A DNA stretch of 64,000 bases from Eledone cirrhosa (lineage: Eukaryota). Positions 25,101 through 38,046 of the stretch are shown piece after piece; the first letter of the stretch is position 1; each line of letters begins with the position of its first letter. The notes under the pieces were generated by a model. The model was not told where the DNA came from and did no database searches. It saw only the letters and a program-made list of their open reading frames with translations. Made by a program: the position numbers and the translations under genes. The stretch covers positions 42,532,001 to 42,596,000 of the forward strand of contig OZ024743.1 in NCBI GenBank assembly GCA_964016885.1, in the 5' to 3' direction.

Positions 25101-25555
25101 TAGTCCCAACGTGCATCTAGGATGTCATTCCAATCCCCCGCTAGAAGCAGGGAACGCGACGTTCCCAGAAAAGTCTCCAAACGCTGGAAGAAGTCGGGCC
25201 GTTCAGCTCCGAAAGGGGAGTAGACGGCGACCAGTCTCAAGGCCGCACTTTCACTACTGCCAACGTCTAGCACCAACAAACGACCCTCCGAGTCCGAGTG
25301 CACAACCTGTACGGCAAGACCCAGGTGTTTTTGCAGCAGTACGACAACCCCACCCCCACCTCCAGGTTGTCAGAGAGATGCATGCACCTCAAAGTCATCG
25401 AAGGTGGGGGCCAGCTGCCGCACGACGCTGATTCGAGTCTCACAGATAACCATTACATTTATACTACATGACCTGAGGTCATTTAGAAGCTTTGCTTGCT
25501 TCCAAGTTGAGCCAAGGCCACGTGCATTCAGACATCCTACTCTTAACACATCCAT
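22165..25555 (-). pseudogene. Tx1-like ORF2 (APE-RT-zinc finger), broken into at least 7 frames
   Basis: Consecutive ORF pieces 25370..25555, 25016..25303, 24057..24902, 23447..23947, 23094..23465 and 22165..23145. Confidence 0.9.
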
Positions 25556-25588
25556 GTGGGCGGCAGAGCCAAAGGAGAGTGTAGAGAC

Positions 25589-26875
25589 CTACCTTTCCGC
25601 TTCCCGGGGTTCGGGTTGCACGACTTCCATGGGGTCGGGGGTGTTGGGTGAAGGAGTGTCTTGTGGTGGTGTGGGGTCGTCAGTGTGTGGTGGGGTTGGG
25701 GTGTTTGGAGTTGTGTTGGGGAGGGGAAGGGGAGGGGGAAAGCTTTTTAGTAGGACGCGGTTTATGGGTTTGACAGAGGGTGGTCCTACGTCCTCCTTAA
25801 AATCCTTTTTTAGTTTTTGGTAGAGGTTCATTGGGATCTTTATTAATTTTAAATGTGGGTAGTTTTCTGAAGAAACAAAGTTTACACCTTCGGTTTGTAC
25901 CGAAGGATTATTGTATATGAGTTCATTTAATTTATTATTGTTTCTGTTGATGTAAGTATAGTGTAATGTCTTTTTTTCGGATGGTGTGAGTGTTTCGAAG
26001 AGGGGAGGGGCAGGTTTGGATTTGTTTGTTGCTGGAGGGGTGTTTTCTGTTTTGTTGGATTGTGTTGAGATTTGGGTGGGGGTTGTTTGGCTTTGTGTGT
26101 TTTGCAAATGTTTTCTTTTTTTCCTTTTAATCTGTCTGAAGGACTCCGTTTCTTCCTCCGAATTCGTTGGGTTATCTTCAGTGTTGGAGGGAAGAGGTAT
26201 GTTTGCTGGTAATGTTTCCATGTTGGTTTTCTTTGTGGGGGAGATGGATGTCACTATGTTAGACTGTGTTGTGTGTTGTGTCTGCGGTGGTTGTGTTGTT
26301 CTATTGAGTGAGAGGTTGGGTGGGCCTGTATTTTGTTTTGGGTTAAAGTGTTGTGACTGTTTGTGTTGCGGTGGTGGTGTGGTTTTACTGAGGGACGGGT
26401 TGGGTGGGACTGAGTTTTGTTGTTTGTTTATCTGTTGTGGTGGTGGTGGTGATGGAGCTGGTGTTGGTAGCAGGGTTTTCTTTTTGTTGAGTTGGGGACA
26501 AGCGGCCTTCAGGTGCCCTCTGCCTGCACAGATATGGCAGGACGGCCTTCTCCCCTCCACGCTAATGTTTATATACCCGTGGCCCTCTAATAGGATTCTG
26601 TCGGGTATTTGGGCGATGCGTTCAGGCTTCATTTGCACTACCAGCTCTATACCTGTTCCACTGAACGCATTGCCTGTGGTTTTCCCAATGGAAATCACGT
26701 TGTCATTCACTGGATCGATGAAGCCAGCTATGAGCCAGCAGTAGTCCACATCTGGCATCATTGCATCCAGCCATATGCGTTGAGTTCTTTTACCCATATA
26801 AGATGGATAAAAGGTAAAATTTTTCGAACGAATCGGTGACAAAGCACATTTTTTTGCCGCCGATTCGTTCTTCAT
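25589..26875 (-). CDS. Tx1-like ORF1 (gag-like CCHC knuckle, Pro/Thr-rich tail); N-terminal pieces at 26911..27521
   Basis: VEGRRPSCHICAGRGHLKAACP motif, located directly upstream of ORF2. Confidence 0.8.
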   Translation of the reverse strand: MKNESAAKKCALSPIRSKNFTFYPSYMGKRTQRIWLDAMMPDVDYCWLIAGFIDPVNDNVISIGKTTGNAFSGTGIELVVQMKPERIAQIPDRILLEGHGYINISVEGRRPSCHICAGRGHLKAACPQLNKKKTLLPTPAPSPPPPQQINKQQNSVPPNPSLSKTTPPPQHKQSQHFNPKQNTGPPNLSLNRTTQPPQTQHTTQSNIVTSISPTKKTNMETLPANIPLPSNTEDNPTNSEEETESFRQIKRKKRKHLQNTQSQTTPTQISTQSNKTENTPPATNKSKPAPPLFETLTPSEKKTLHYTYINRNNNKLNELIYNNPSVQTEGVNFVSSENYPHLKLIKIPMNLYQKLKKDFKEDVGPPSVKPINRVLLKSFPPPLPLPNTTPNTPTPPHTDDPTPPQDTPSPNTPDPMEVVQPEPREAER

Positions 26876-27791
26876 GATAATTGCTAGGCTTCCATACAGT
26901 CTGTCTTTTCTTATGAAAGTGGTTTCATTAAGTACTTCTGTGAGTACTGTTTTGATATCTGCTTGAGAAGGCTGTTCAGGTTTTTTGTACTGTTGTTGAT
27001 GGTGCGGAACTTGACCGTTCGGCTTTCAATGTCTTTGGTGAATTCTTGAGGCATTTTTACCGATAAAATACCATTCTCTCCTTCACTTATGTATTGTTTG
27101 GCGTCTGTGTTTCTTCGTGCCACATCTGAAATATTTTCCGGTATATAAGTCAAAGATTTCTTTGTTGTCTGTGCAAATGAAATCTTGTCGTCTGCTTTGC
27201 TTTCTGTTATGGTGTTATTTTCAAATGTTATTTTTGTGTTTGTTGTGTCTTTGTTTGTGTTATTAGTATTGTCATGCAATTTTTCAAATTTATTTTTCCG
27301 TTGTTGGAATCCATGTCCAGATTTGTGTTTTCGTCATTTTTTTTCTCCGCAGATTCGTCTGTTTTTATTTTTATTTTTCCTTCCTTCTCTATGACGTTAG
27401 TGAGGAAGGAAGGGGGGACTAAAGCGTGCGAGCTTACAACTCTTACGGCTGTCCCCCCACCACTATTTCCGTTCGCTGCGTTTAACATTTCTGTTAGACG
27501 ATTGAAATTTGTTTGCCACAAAATTTTTTAAAACAGGTTTTTCACCTCTAGGAGGGGTAAAGATGAGCTGACCCACCACCTGACAGTTCAGACGGGGGGT
27601 CAAGCTACACAATTGTATCAAAATTAAATTTGAACTCACAAAATTTCCGCAATAAATTTGAACAAAACTTCTGCGCGAAGTGAATTACATCCACACTGTA
27701 GAACAGACGACAGCTAGATTACATATAGATAGATAGATAGATAGATAGATAGGTAAATATACACGGGTGTGTATGATTGTGTATAGAAGAT

Positions 27792-28041
27792 TATATTAAT
27801 AAGAGGAATTCCAACTTTGTCTGATTTACTCGTTTTATTTACAATCCTTTAAAATTTATAATGGTATTATAATGAAATAGTATGATAGAATATTAAATTC
27901 TAAGTGTTAATTGAACGTTCAATTAACACTTAGAATTTAATATTCTATCATACTATTTCATTATAATACCATTATAAATTTTAAAGGATTGTAAATAAAA
28001 CGAGTAAATCAGACAAAGTTGGAATTCCTCTTATTAATATA
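27792..28041. repeat. Perfect 250 bp spacer-less palindrome derived from a PLE terminal repeat
   Basis: Axis GAAC|GTTC at 27916/27917. The arm is homologous to 56297-56419. Confidence 0.93.
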
Positions 28042-28619
28042 TATATATATATACGTTGGTAGAAGTATATATATATATACATAGATACAGACATATGTGC
28101 ATATATATATATATATATGTTTGTGTGTGTGTTTGTGTGTGTGTGTGTGTATGTGTGTATGTGTGTGTGTGTGTGCGAGTGTCGGTGAGTATCCGAAACA
28201 TAAACTGAAAACAATTGACACAATGAAGAAATATGTTAGTTTAACGCTTGATATAACAGGAATATGGTCTTAACGTTTCAGACTTTAATCCTTCATTAGA
28301 ATATAGGATGAGAAAGAAATAGAAATATAGTGATGAGTGAGGAGATTAAGAAACAGAAAAATACTTTGGAATAAATGCAAGCATGATTTCAGTGAATCAG
28401 TTTGGGGAAGTCAGTATATATGTACGTTTGTGTGTGTATGTGTGGGTGCGTGTGTGTATGTGTGTGTGTCTGTGTGTGTGTGCGTGTGTGTATGTGTGTG
28501 TGTGTGTTAAAATAAATTCAGTGTGACCATAAAAAGAGCTTTTTTATTGTTATTCTATATAAGTGAAAGTGTTTCCTTCCTTCTTCGTTTGTAACAAGTA
28601 AACGTTCAGACTATATTCT

Positions 28620-28801
28620 ATAATTGTTTCTACTTTTGGCACAAGGCCAGCAATTACCCAGTGCATTACTGGTACTTTATTTTATCGACCCCGTAAGGAT
28701 AAAAGGCAAAGTTAACCTCGGCGGGATTTGAACTCAGAATGGCAAGGGCCGTAACTCTATTCGTCAAAGCATGGCGTCCGACCCTCTACCGATACTGCCA
28801 A
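28620..28801 (-). mobile_element. tRNA-derived SINE
   Basis: B-box GAGTTCAAATCCC and central GCCTTTYATCCTTACGGGGTCGATAAA; multiple copies in the window. Confidence 0.88.
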
Positions 28802-29523
28802 ATTCTATAATATGCCTATGTTTGGTAAATTATTGAAATGTATTTGATATCTATTCAAATAACAACGTTTATTTAAACTTCTCTACCTGCTTTAGTGGAA
28901 GCCCATTCACATGTACAGTGCACTGCGTAGATTTCCAAATTATAATATGATGAGAGGAACGAAGACGAAGCATATCGCATCGTCCTTCACCTGGGTTAAC
29001 AAGGGTCACGTAAAAGCTTTAGGTGTGTCCTGTTTGTAAAGGCTTTACAGTGGCCTGTTTGAAAGATGTATTGCATTCACTATTCCCTGCCGCAAGACTA
29101 ACGATGGGACTGTAACCAATGCTGGAATGCATGGGATGGATGCACAATGAATGCATATCACGAGTTAAGATCGTTCAGCTCAGCAGATTATTTTCTCCTG
29201 GTAAAAATTACTACCATTGTTTCATTTAAATAGCAGTACTATCAACTTCTATTTACATGCAGAACCAGAAGTGTACTAAGGGCCAGGCACAATATTTGGA
29301 GCGTACCATTGAATGTTCCAATCGTGGCATACGTAGCGGTTAAATTTAGCTAGTAACACGATTTAAGATAGCCTCCTGACCATACAGTACATTTAGCGTA
29401 GTCCACTTTCTTGCCAGCATTGGCAACAGGAGTGCACAAAAGCGAAGGCAACTCCTCTCTCTCTTAGGTAACAATTGCTAATAAAATGGCCCCATTATAT
29501 GTATGTATGGACCTGCCTATCTA

Positions 29524-29555
<32 letters not shown>

Positions 29556-29558
<3 letters not shown>

Positions 29559-30902
29559 TTATATATATAAAAGCTAGGATGTGTGTGTGTGTGTGTGTGT
29601 GTCTGTGTACAAATTTGCATGCTTAAGGTTTTCACAATTGCCAACTGAATTTGACCAAATTTTCTGTACACGTTGCACAGGTCGCTAGGTTTGTCACATT
29701 TTTCAAATCGACCCACATTGAGCAATAAAAAAATCGATATCAAAATTATCGGTAGAAAAACTGATGTAAGGTAGATAACAAACTTTATGGACAATCCTTA
29801 TAAAAAAGGGAGATAACCAACTTTTCAGAGATATAAACATCACATTCATTTGAAGATAAATCACTAATATTATCGTTTGTTTCTTGTTTATTCTTTGTTG
29901 CACTTTCAAAGTTAAAAAACACTTGTTGTTTTAACTTGTTTCACTATATTAAGTGTTAATTTTCGCATCACCGTTGGCTGTATTAACGATCAGCTTCTTC
30001 AGCTTCTTCCTGGATGTCCACGGATATATAAATCTATTGATACTGTATGTGATCCACAGGATGCGGTCAATTATCCAGTTGAATTTCGAAATTCTTTAAA
30101 TCCTCCTGGTTTACCTCCTAATACATTGGTTCTGAAAGAGGGAACACCAGTTATTTTGCTGAGAAATATCACTCCTCCAAAACTATGCAATGGTACACGC
30201 CTTGTGTTTAAAAAAACTGTCTCCACTTAGTATTGACGCTACTATTCTATCCGGATGTGGAAAAGGCGAGGATGTGATAATGACAAAAATTAGCCTGACT
30301 ACATCAGGCGTGGATACTCCCTTCTCCTTTCGCCGACCCCAATTTCTCCTTCGTGTTGCCTTTGCAATGTCCATAAACAAGTCGCAAGGTCAAACTCTGT
30401 CCGTCGCTGGAATTCACTTGGATGAACCTAACTTTTCGCACGGACAATTCTACGTTGCCTGCTCACGAGTTGGCAGTCGAGATAATCTCTTTGCGAAAAG
30501 AAAAACAAAGAATATTGTCTATCCTGAAGTGCTTTAGTGTTAACAAAAACACTTATTACAGCTCTGTCTTGACTTCACCTTACTCATTACAAAACATACC
30601 AATGAATATGTCATGCAGGATATTTTGGATTATAGGTTAAAAATTTCACCATACACAGCAAAGGACGCTCTCAAAGAATAGATTTCTCTTATTCTATTCT
30701 CATTGTTTTTTTTGTTTGTATACAACTCTGCTTTCATTGCAACTTTTTCTACTTTAGCAAGACTGCCTTTTTACAGATTTTCAACGTGTATTGTCTTTAA
30801 TTATTTGTATAATTACATCCTGTTCAGTGTTTTCTTTTACTTCCTAGCTGTATATTCTTATCATAATTTCAAACCCCGAGCAACGCCGGGTAAATCTGCT
30901 AG
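29556..30902 (+). mobile_element. Internally deleted Helitron carrying a PIF1 helicase fragment
   Basis: 3' end CCCGAGCAACGCCGGG hairpin followed by CTAG|T, with helicase motifs inside. Confidence 0.88.
30030..30537 (+). pseudogene. Helitron PIF1-family helicase C-terminal fragment
   Basis: LNPPGLPP...LLRNITPPKLCNGTRL; AFAMSINKSQGQTL; FSHGQFYVACSRV; TKNIVYPEVL. Confidence 0.9.
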
Positions 30903-31327
30903 TATATATATATATATACAAGAAAAGGGGCAGGCTCTGTGGTTACTGTAAACAAAGTGTAAGATGGTAATAGGAACGTAAACATATATATATATATATA
31001 TCATATAAGCGATGTCAGTAGAATGACCCCGTAATTCTTTCTCTTGTGTTGGCATATAAAGAGAAAGGCAGACAATAGTGTTTCTGGGTGATTACCCTAC
31101 ATTAGTACTGTATACTGTTTATCCGCCCACTGTCAGAGCTAGTGAAAATATATGATATTTCTGAAATATACAGTGACTGATCGGTCTTATTTGCATATTA
31201 GCAGACTGCCTGATCAGTTAGATCTGCATATTAGTAGATAGGCCAGTCAGTTTCATGTATACGAGAGATTAATGGCCGGATTTGCCATATTTAAATAACT
31301 AACCAATAGTTTTATCACTCTATGTAT

Positions 31328-31364
<37 letters not shown>

Positions 31365-32083
31365 GAACCGAGGTGTGTTGCTGATCTCTTGACTATCTAC
31401 TTATTTATCTTTTTTTCTCTCTCTCTTTCTATATATATATATATGTGTGTGTGTATGTATATAATATATGTACATATGTGTGCGTTTGCGGTCATGTTTG
31501 TGTGTGTGTGTGTGTGCGCAGGTGTTTGTGAGAGTGTGTGTGTGTGCGCAGGTGTTAATGAGAGTGTGTGTGTGTGCGGATGTGTATGTGTGTGTCTGTA
31601 TGTATCTATGGCAGGCAAGTAATATATATCTGACCAGTTTACAACAATGGATGTTGTTGATGTTGGCCGGGTGAATTGAAAAACAGTGTATGTGTCATGT
31701 AAATATGATTTGACGATCAGTCTTAGAGAGCAACGGAAACGCGCGTATGTCACATCGATTATATTTCATTGCCGCACAGAGAGAACAGTATTGGGTATAT
31801 GCTATAGATTATATACATTATAGTACGTAACCATAGAGATGACTAGGGGAGTTGGGTTAGAGATGTTTATGTTAGAATAAAAGTGCATCTAACTGTAAAA
31901 CCTACGGGATTTTCGGTATGGTTAACAAATATAAATGTGATACGATGTAATGTGTAAACTATGTCAGAGTGTTACGTTGTTGGTAGGGACATGTAACTTA
32001 ACTTACTTAGATGATGTCTTACAGATTTATATTACAGTTTTCATTATGAAATTTGGTGTTCCCTGAGAGATATGTCTTAAAAT

Positions 32084-32218
<135 letters not shown>

Positions 32219-32287
32219 ATAAACAAATATATTTCTTCATTGTCATTTGCTCTGTTATTTCTGTCTCACTTTGAGACAAACAAGCAC

Positions 32288-32338
<51 letters not shown>

Positions 32339-32727
32339 GATAGATATATAGATATAGATATATACATGAACCCTGTGACCGTTGGTGGGGAGGAACATCC
32401 ATAGACTAGTTTGTTGTGTTTTGGGGTAGTAGTCAGTTAGCTTGTCTACATCTTCCACATTTGCGCCTGCACCAACTTATGGAGGTGATTCAGGGCTCAC
32501 AGGGAACGGGCATTCGCTTCAAGAACATCATGTCTGTCCGCTTCCTTGTTGCTTCAATTTAGGATTACCCTCTAATTGCAACCTTATTATGTAAGAAGCT
32601 GTCTGATGAGATCATGGCACTTGGTACTACGCGGAATCGCGTGGCTACTGTCGTCATCCAAATAGGTATCACGGCGCCTTATCAATAATGGACTTGAACA
32701 TCTAAACTAGTTTGTATTTCCCTATTA

Positions 32728-32758
<31 letters not shown>

Positions 32759-32882
32759 CTGAAGGACTAGCGTCCGAAACGTTAAGACCCTCTGCTCTGC
32801 TTACTATATCAAGCGTTAACCTAATATATCCCTTCCATATACTGTACCGACTGTGTTGTTATTTTTGTTTACCTTTTACATG

Positions 32883-32930
<48 letters not shown>

Positions 32931-33302
32931 AAATTGCAAGTTGTATCTGAGGTCGTCGATTAGCTAAATATTTAATTGATATTTGTTTGTAACATTTAAG
33001 GTTTATGATGCGGATGTTATCAAGGCCCGCATGCTGGTTCGCATGTATTTCTTCCGCAGCCCATAAGAATCATGCGGTAAAAGATACAGTATTCGTCTAT
33101 CCACTTATCTATAGCCCATAGTGAAATAGGAATGTTACATAACAACCTTATTACTTAAGATGTTGTCTGATGAACTCATGTTGATTGTTGTTGACTTCAT
33201 TACGTAATCATGAAGGCCACATAAATATGTATTACGGCAAATTGTGAATAAAATGAATTATATCTATCTGGCCTTTCCAATTATCATTATTGTAAGTAGA
33301 AA

Positions 33303-33461
33303 CGGGCGTGGATTGGCAGTATCAGTAGTTACGTCCCTTTACGATCTGAGTTCAAATCCCGCCGAGGTTGACTTTGCCTTTCATCCTTACGGGGTCGATA
33401 AAATAAAGTACCAGTAATGCACTGGGTAATTGCTGGCTTTGTGCCAAAAGTATAAACAATT
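33303..33461 (+). mobile_element. tRNA-derived SINE (internally deleted)
   Basis: Same family as 45832-46021. Confidence 0.88.
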
Positions 33462-34797
33462 ATTGTACGAGTATTCCGTCATGAACTACAATATCGTATT
33501 TGGAAGGATACACAACTCGTTGAGCACTTGAATCTAACTGAATACGTCTACAAAGTGGAGTATTGCATATACAGTGGTTGGTCAACATCTTATACAAAAG
33601 TATGCATGCATATATATACATCTTGGTATAATGAAGACATATATTAACATTTTCTCCGGTGATTCAAATATTATTATTCGAATCTCATACCCGAATACAT
33701 ATGAAATCATGTTTTAATATGCATATATATCTTACAATATATATGAAAGGGGTGTATTGTTTCCGTTCCTGTAGAAACATTAGTTCTGTATATAATAATT
33801 TAGTTTCATCTTTGCCGTCTGTTGTATTATTACAAACGTGTTCTGTACAACAATACGCTTACAAAATACCGAATTTACGTAGACGAGGTATGATTCTTAA
33901 ACAACCTATAGAATATTTGCTGAATGTTGATATTTTGCAGCTCGCAATAGTAGCCGCAAATTCTTTATTTCTCGCGATTTCGAAAATTGCCATCTCTTGA
34001 TCCTTTGCGTATACAATGTTGGCAGCAACAGAAGAAGAAGAAGAAGAAGAAGAAGAAGAAGAAGAAGAAGAAGAAGAAGAAGAAGAAGAAGAAGAAGAAG
34101 AAGAAGAAGAAGAAGAAGAAGAAGAGCTTTTTTTCCGACTGCGGCCAGGCATGCGCATCCTATTCACGTGAAAGGTGTTAGGATCAAGTAATGCCCGTGC
34201 TTCAAGCTCTTCCAAGAGAAAATACTTGCACTTGACCAATTCAACTGAAGAACGGTATTCGTAAAAGGTGTCAACATGTTTGGCTGACAAGTCGTAGGTT
34301 TAACATCAGAGTTCTCCTACTCCTAGTATGGTGTCCTCATATGTACAATGTTTGGCAAACTCTCGGTAGGCTAACTACACACTTGCACACCAAACAGAAT
34401 ATTTTCATATATATAGATATATATGAAAACATAAGGGAGTTTTCACTTTCTGTTGGTAAATCGAACTTGTGAAATGATTAAACATATATTAATTAAATAA
34501 CAAGTTACCAAGTAATTGTACTTGGCGTATTTAATACGATCCTCTGCTACAATATTCAAGTTGTTGTATTCTCGAATATGGTGCACGATCCAGTAACTCG
34601 CGGAGTAAATTACTATAAACTATTATTTTTTTAGGAAAAAAAGGCAAGGGGTGAGTAAAAATTTCGAAAGATGTATTATATAATCTAACACGTGTTTCAT
34701 CGCCGAATGACGTTTTTATCTACAAGAGATAAATAGAGATATTTTTTCTCTTCATTCACTCGCATTACATCTGTTACTAGTGATTCTCCAGAGAAAA

Positions 34798-34973
34798 ATA
34801 ATTGTTTCTACTTTTTGCCAGCAATTATCCCAGTGCATTACTTGTACTTTATTTTATCGACTCCGTAAGGATGAAAGGCAAAGTTAACCTCAGCAGGATT
34901 TAAACTCAGACCGTAAAGGGACATAACTCTATGCTGCAAAGCATAGCGTCCGACCCTCTAACGATACTGCCAA
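34798..34973 (-). mobile_element. tRNA-derived SINE
   Basis: Same family as 45832-46021. Confidence 0.85.
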
Positions 34974-35093
34974 TTGTTTATTGTTTTTCTCCCGAGAAAA
35001 TAATAAAAAATAATATGATTTTTATGTTATAGAAACTGTATAAGTTGGTTCAGTATAAAAGTAGAATTATAATTTAACTTCAAAATGACAGTA

Positions 35094-35945
35094 TACGAGG
35101 TGTGTCCGAAAAGTTCCAAGACTGATGTCACAAAAGATTTATTTCAAACCCAAACTTCACACTAAGAATGTTCTCCTTCAAAGTAATCCACCTGGAGTAT
35201 GTACCTGTAATCTTAGCTCTCTGCAGCGAGCAAACCTTTTTCTTCATAATTTTATATACATGTCCTCCATTTCAGGTCGTCAAGCAATGAACACAGAGCA
35301 ACGAACAAACTTGAAGTTCCTGGTACGTTTGGGGGAAACTTCGTCAGAAGCACTGGGATTGCTGCAGCAAGTGTATGGAGATGAGACGATGTCACGATCA
35401 CGTTATTTTGAGTGCTGCAAGATGACCCCAGCAGCGGAAGGCCCTCAACAACCAGGACTGAGGTCAACGTTGAGCGCGTCAGGCAGATGGTGCGTAGCGA
35501 TCGTCGGCTGACTGTTCGACTGATGGCAAATGAGCTGGGCATGAATTGGGACAGCGTCTGGAAGATTCTCACTGAAGATTTGGACATGCGGAAAGTCTGC
35601 GCGAAGATGGTGCCAAAACTGCTGAACAATAACCAGAAGGGTCGACGCATGCAAGTATGCCAGGACATCCACGAGCGTCTTGAAACCGAACCAGACTTGC
35701 TAGGGACAGTCATCTCCGGGGACGTTTTGAAGGCGTGGATGACATCAAAAAGGCCTTGACGACGGAACTACGGAGGATCCCGGAATAATCCTTCTAGGAG
35801 TGCATGCAAGCGTGGCAGAAAAGGATGGAAAAGTGCATTAGATTCCAGGGGGATACTTTGAAGGAGAAAACTGTTTGTGTGAAGTTTGGGTTTGAAATAA
35901 ATCTTTTGTGACATCAGTCCTGGAACTTTTCTGACACACCTCGCA
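35094..35945 (+). mobile_element. Internally deleted mariner transposon with ~68 bp TIRs and TA target duplication
   Basis: TA|TACGAGGTGTGTCCGAAAAGTTCC...GGAACTTTTCTGACACACCTCGCA|TA. Transposase N-terminus (EQRTNLKFLVRLG; DDPSSGRPST; KVCAKMVPKLL; VISGD) is fused to the C-terminus, with the catalytic middle missing. Confidence 0.93.
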
Positions 35946-36130
35946 TATGTATATATGTATTTATTTGAATTTAGTATATCTAAAGTTGTCCCTCTCTGCT
36001 TTCGCTGAAATCGGTTAAACTGCGCTGAATGTCAGATTTTATTCATAGCTGGGCTTTCAAACTGTTTATTTATTAAACATGCCGTATACCTTCAAATATA
36101 CGAAATTCATACACACACACACATATTTAC

Positions 36131-36231
<101 letters not shown>

Positions 36232-36835
36232 GACCTACCATACATCTTGCTTATATATATATATATATATGTATATATGAGCGGAACAAGTAAACATTAA
36301 ACAATCTTTTAAATAAATTAAAATACGATTTAAATATTTACCTCTTCTAGTGCCATGACCGACGGTTTCTCTTATCAAAAGACTAGAAATTCAGAGAATT
36401 TCCAATGGAAAGATATAGCTGTTCAGATAGCTTTTACAAATCTACTAGACATAAGTCCGCATAGATGTTGATATATCACCCTCTGCCCAGTGTAAGAATA
36501 AAGCCGTTAAAATGACCCACACACTTATTGGACCGTTAGAAAAAGCTGGAATTATAAACTCTCTGATATTTCATGCTGCTAGAAATAGCAGCATTTTTTT
36601 CTCTACATTAAGGAGAATACAGATAAATGATATAGATATCTCAGTAGGTACTAGGTACCCACGGAAATATATATGGTGTATTTTAATTTATTTAAAAGGT
36701 TGTTTAATGTTTTCTTGTTCCGCTCATATTTACAGTTGTGGTATCTCAAATTAGTACCATAGAACAACCACTATTATAGACACCATATATATTTCCGTGG
36801 GTACCTAACACCTACTGAGATATCTATATCATTTA

Positions 36836-36882
<47 letters not shown>

Positions 36883-36937
36883 CGTTTCTGAATTTGTTTA
36901 GCAAGATTCTTTATCTGAAATCGTGTGTTGAAACCGA

Positions 36938-37031
36938 TATTGTTATACTTTGGGAGGGTCATGTTGCCAATAAGAAACACACGCACCAGTGCGTGTGTTT
37001 CTTATTGGCAACATGACCCTCCCAAAGTATG

Positions 37032-37039
<8 letters not shown>
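36938..37039. repeat. ~100 bp near-perfect palindrome; single arms recur at ~59236-59285 and ~61410-61461
   Basis: ATACTTTGGGAGGGTCATGTTGCCAATAAGAAACACACGCAC-CA-GTGCGTGTGTTTCTTATTGGCAACATGACCCTCCCAAAGTAT. Confidence 0.88.
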
Positions 37040-37077
<38 letters not shown>

Positions 37078-37078
37078 C

Positions 37079-37125
<47 letters not shown>

Positions 37126-37136
37126 GGAGAGAGAGA

Positions 37137-37201
<65 letters not shown>

Positions 37202-37979
37202 GAAAGATACGCATAAACACATACATACTCATATACATACACGTATGTGAGCGTGCGAGATACTTGTGTATTTTTGTGTTGATTGGAATCATGCCTGTAT
37301 TTAAGTTTTAGCTATTTATATCTTTTTCACATTTTCCTGGTTTTGATTTGTGTTTTGCATTGAAATATTGCCAATTTTAGATACCCAGCAACAATTCTGT
37401 TCAAAATAAAGGCAACTAAAGTGTTCGTGCATGCGATGTCTCACTCAATTGGAAACAGCGTTGGCGATCCTCTGCAGACTTGTAGAGCCAATTTTCAAAT
37501 TCTGCGCACGATAATTTTTGGTTAATAATGAAATTCCCATTATATTCCGTTGTCGTTATTCCATCATTTACTGCAATAGCGTTTCACAGCATCTTTGTAG
37601 ATCCTTTAAGGGCGAAGATTCATTTCTACTATTAAATCAAAATACCTGAATGTTGTTTGACACGTTGCATCAACGCCAACAGTTTAATCTATAGATTGTG
37701 CTGCTACACATGCATTGAACCTCCCATGAAACCTGAAGCGCATGAAATGTCGAATGTGTTTATTAGTTTGATAAAATATGGAGACAACTTCCCATTTTTG
37801 TCGTGAATGTTCTCATATTCTGAAAGGGAAACAACATTTATTGTTTACGGTAGAATGACTGCACATTAGACGGAGATGGAACTTAATAAAACTTGCTTAA
37901 CAATTTTAGACCGAAAACCGGACAGAGTGTTTGTTTGAAGCTAATGGCGAGTGAGAGAGAGGGGAGGAGGATAGCATCG

Positions 37980-38046
<67 letters not shown>

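Larger units (their letters stand above)
21948..27720 (-). mobile_element. Full-length Tx1-like LINE (ORF1 + APE/RT ORF2), frameshifted, within (GATA)n
   Basis: Zinc-knuckle ORF1, then APE (CLNARGL, CET, AGDWN, TDHK), RT (NFRPITLLN, DQSKAFDRV, RQGCPLS, YADD) and C-terminal CPRC...HALVQC. (GATA)n at about 21891-21946 and 27727-27752. Confidence 0.93.

Noticed and set aside
28900-29495. Higher-complexity segment as a possible host exon (also 32370-32710 and 49500-50000)
   Set aside because: No sustained ORF or recognisable motif, so it cannot be supported without a database search.
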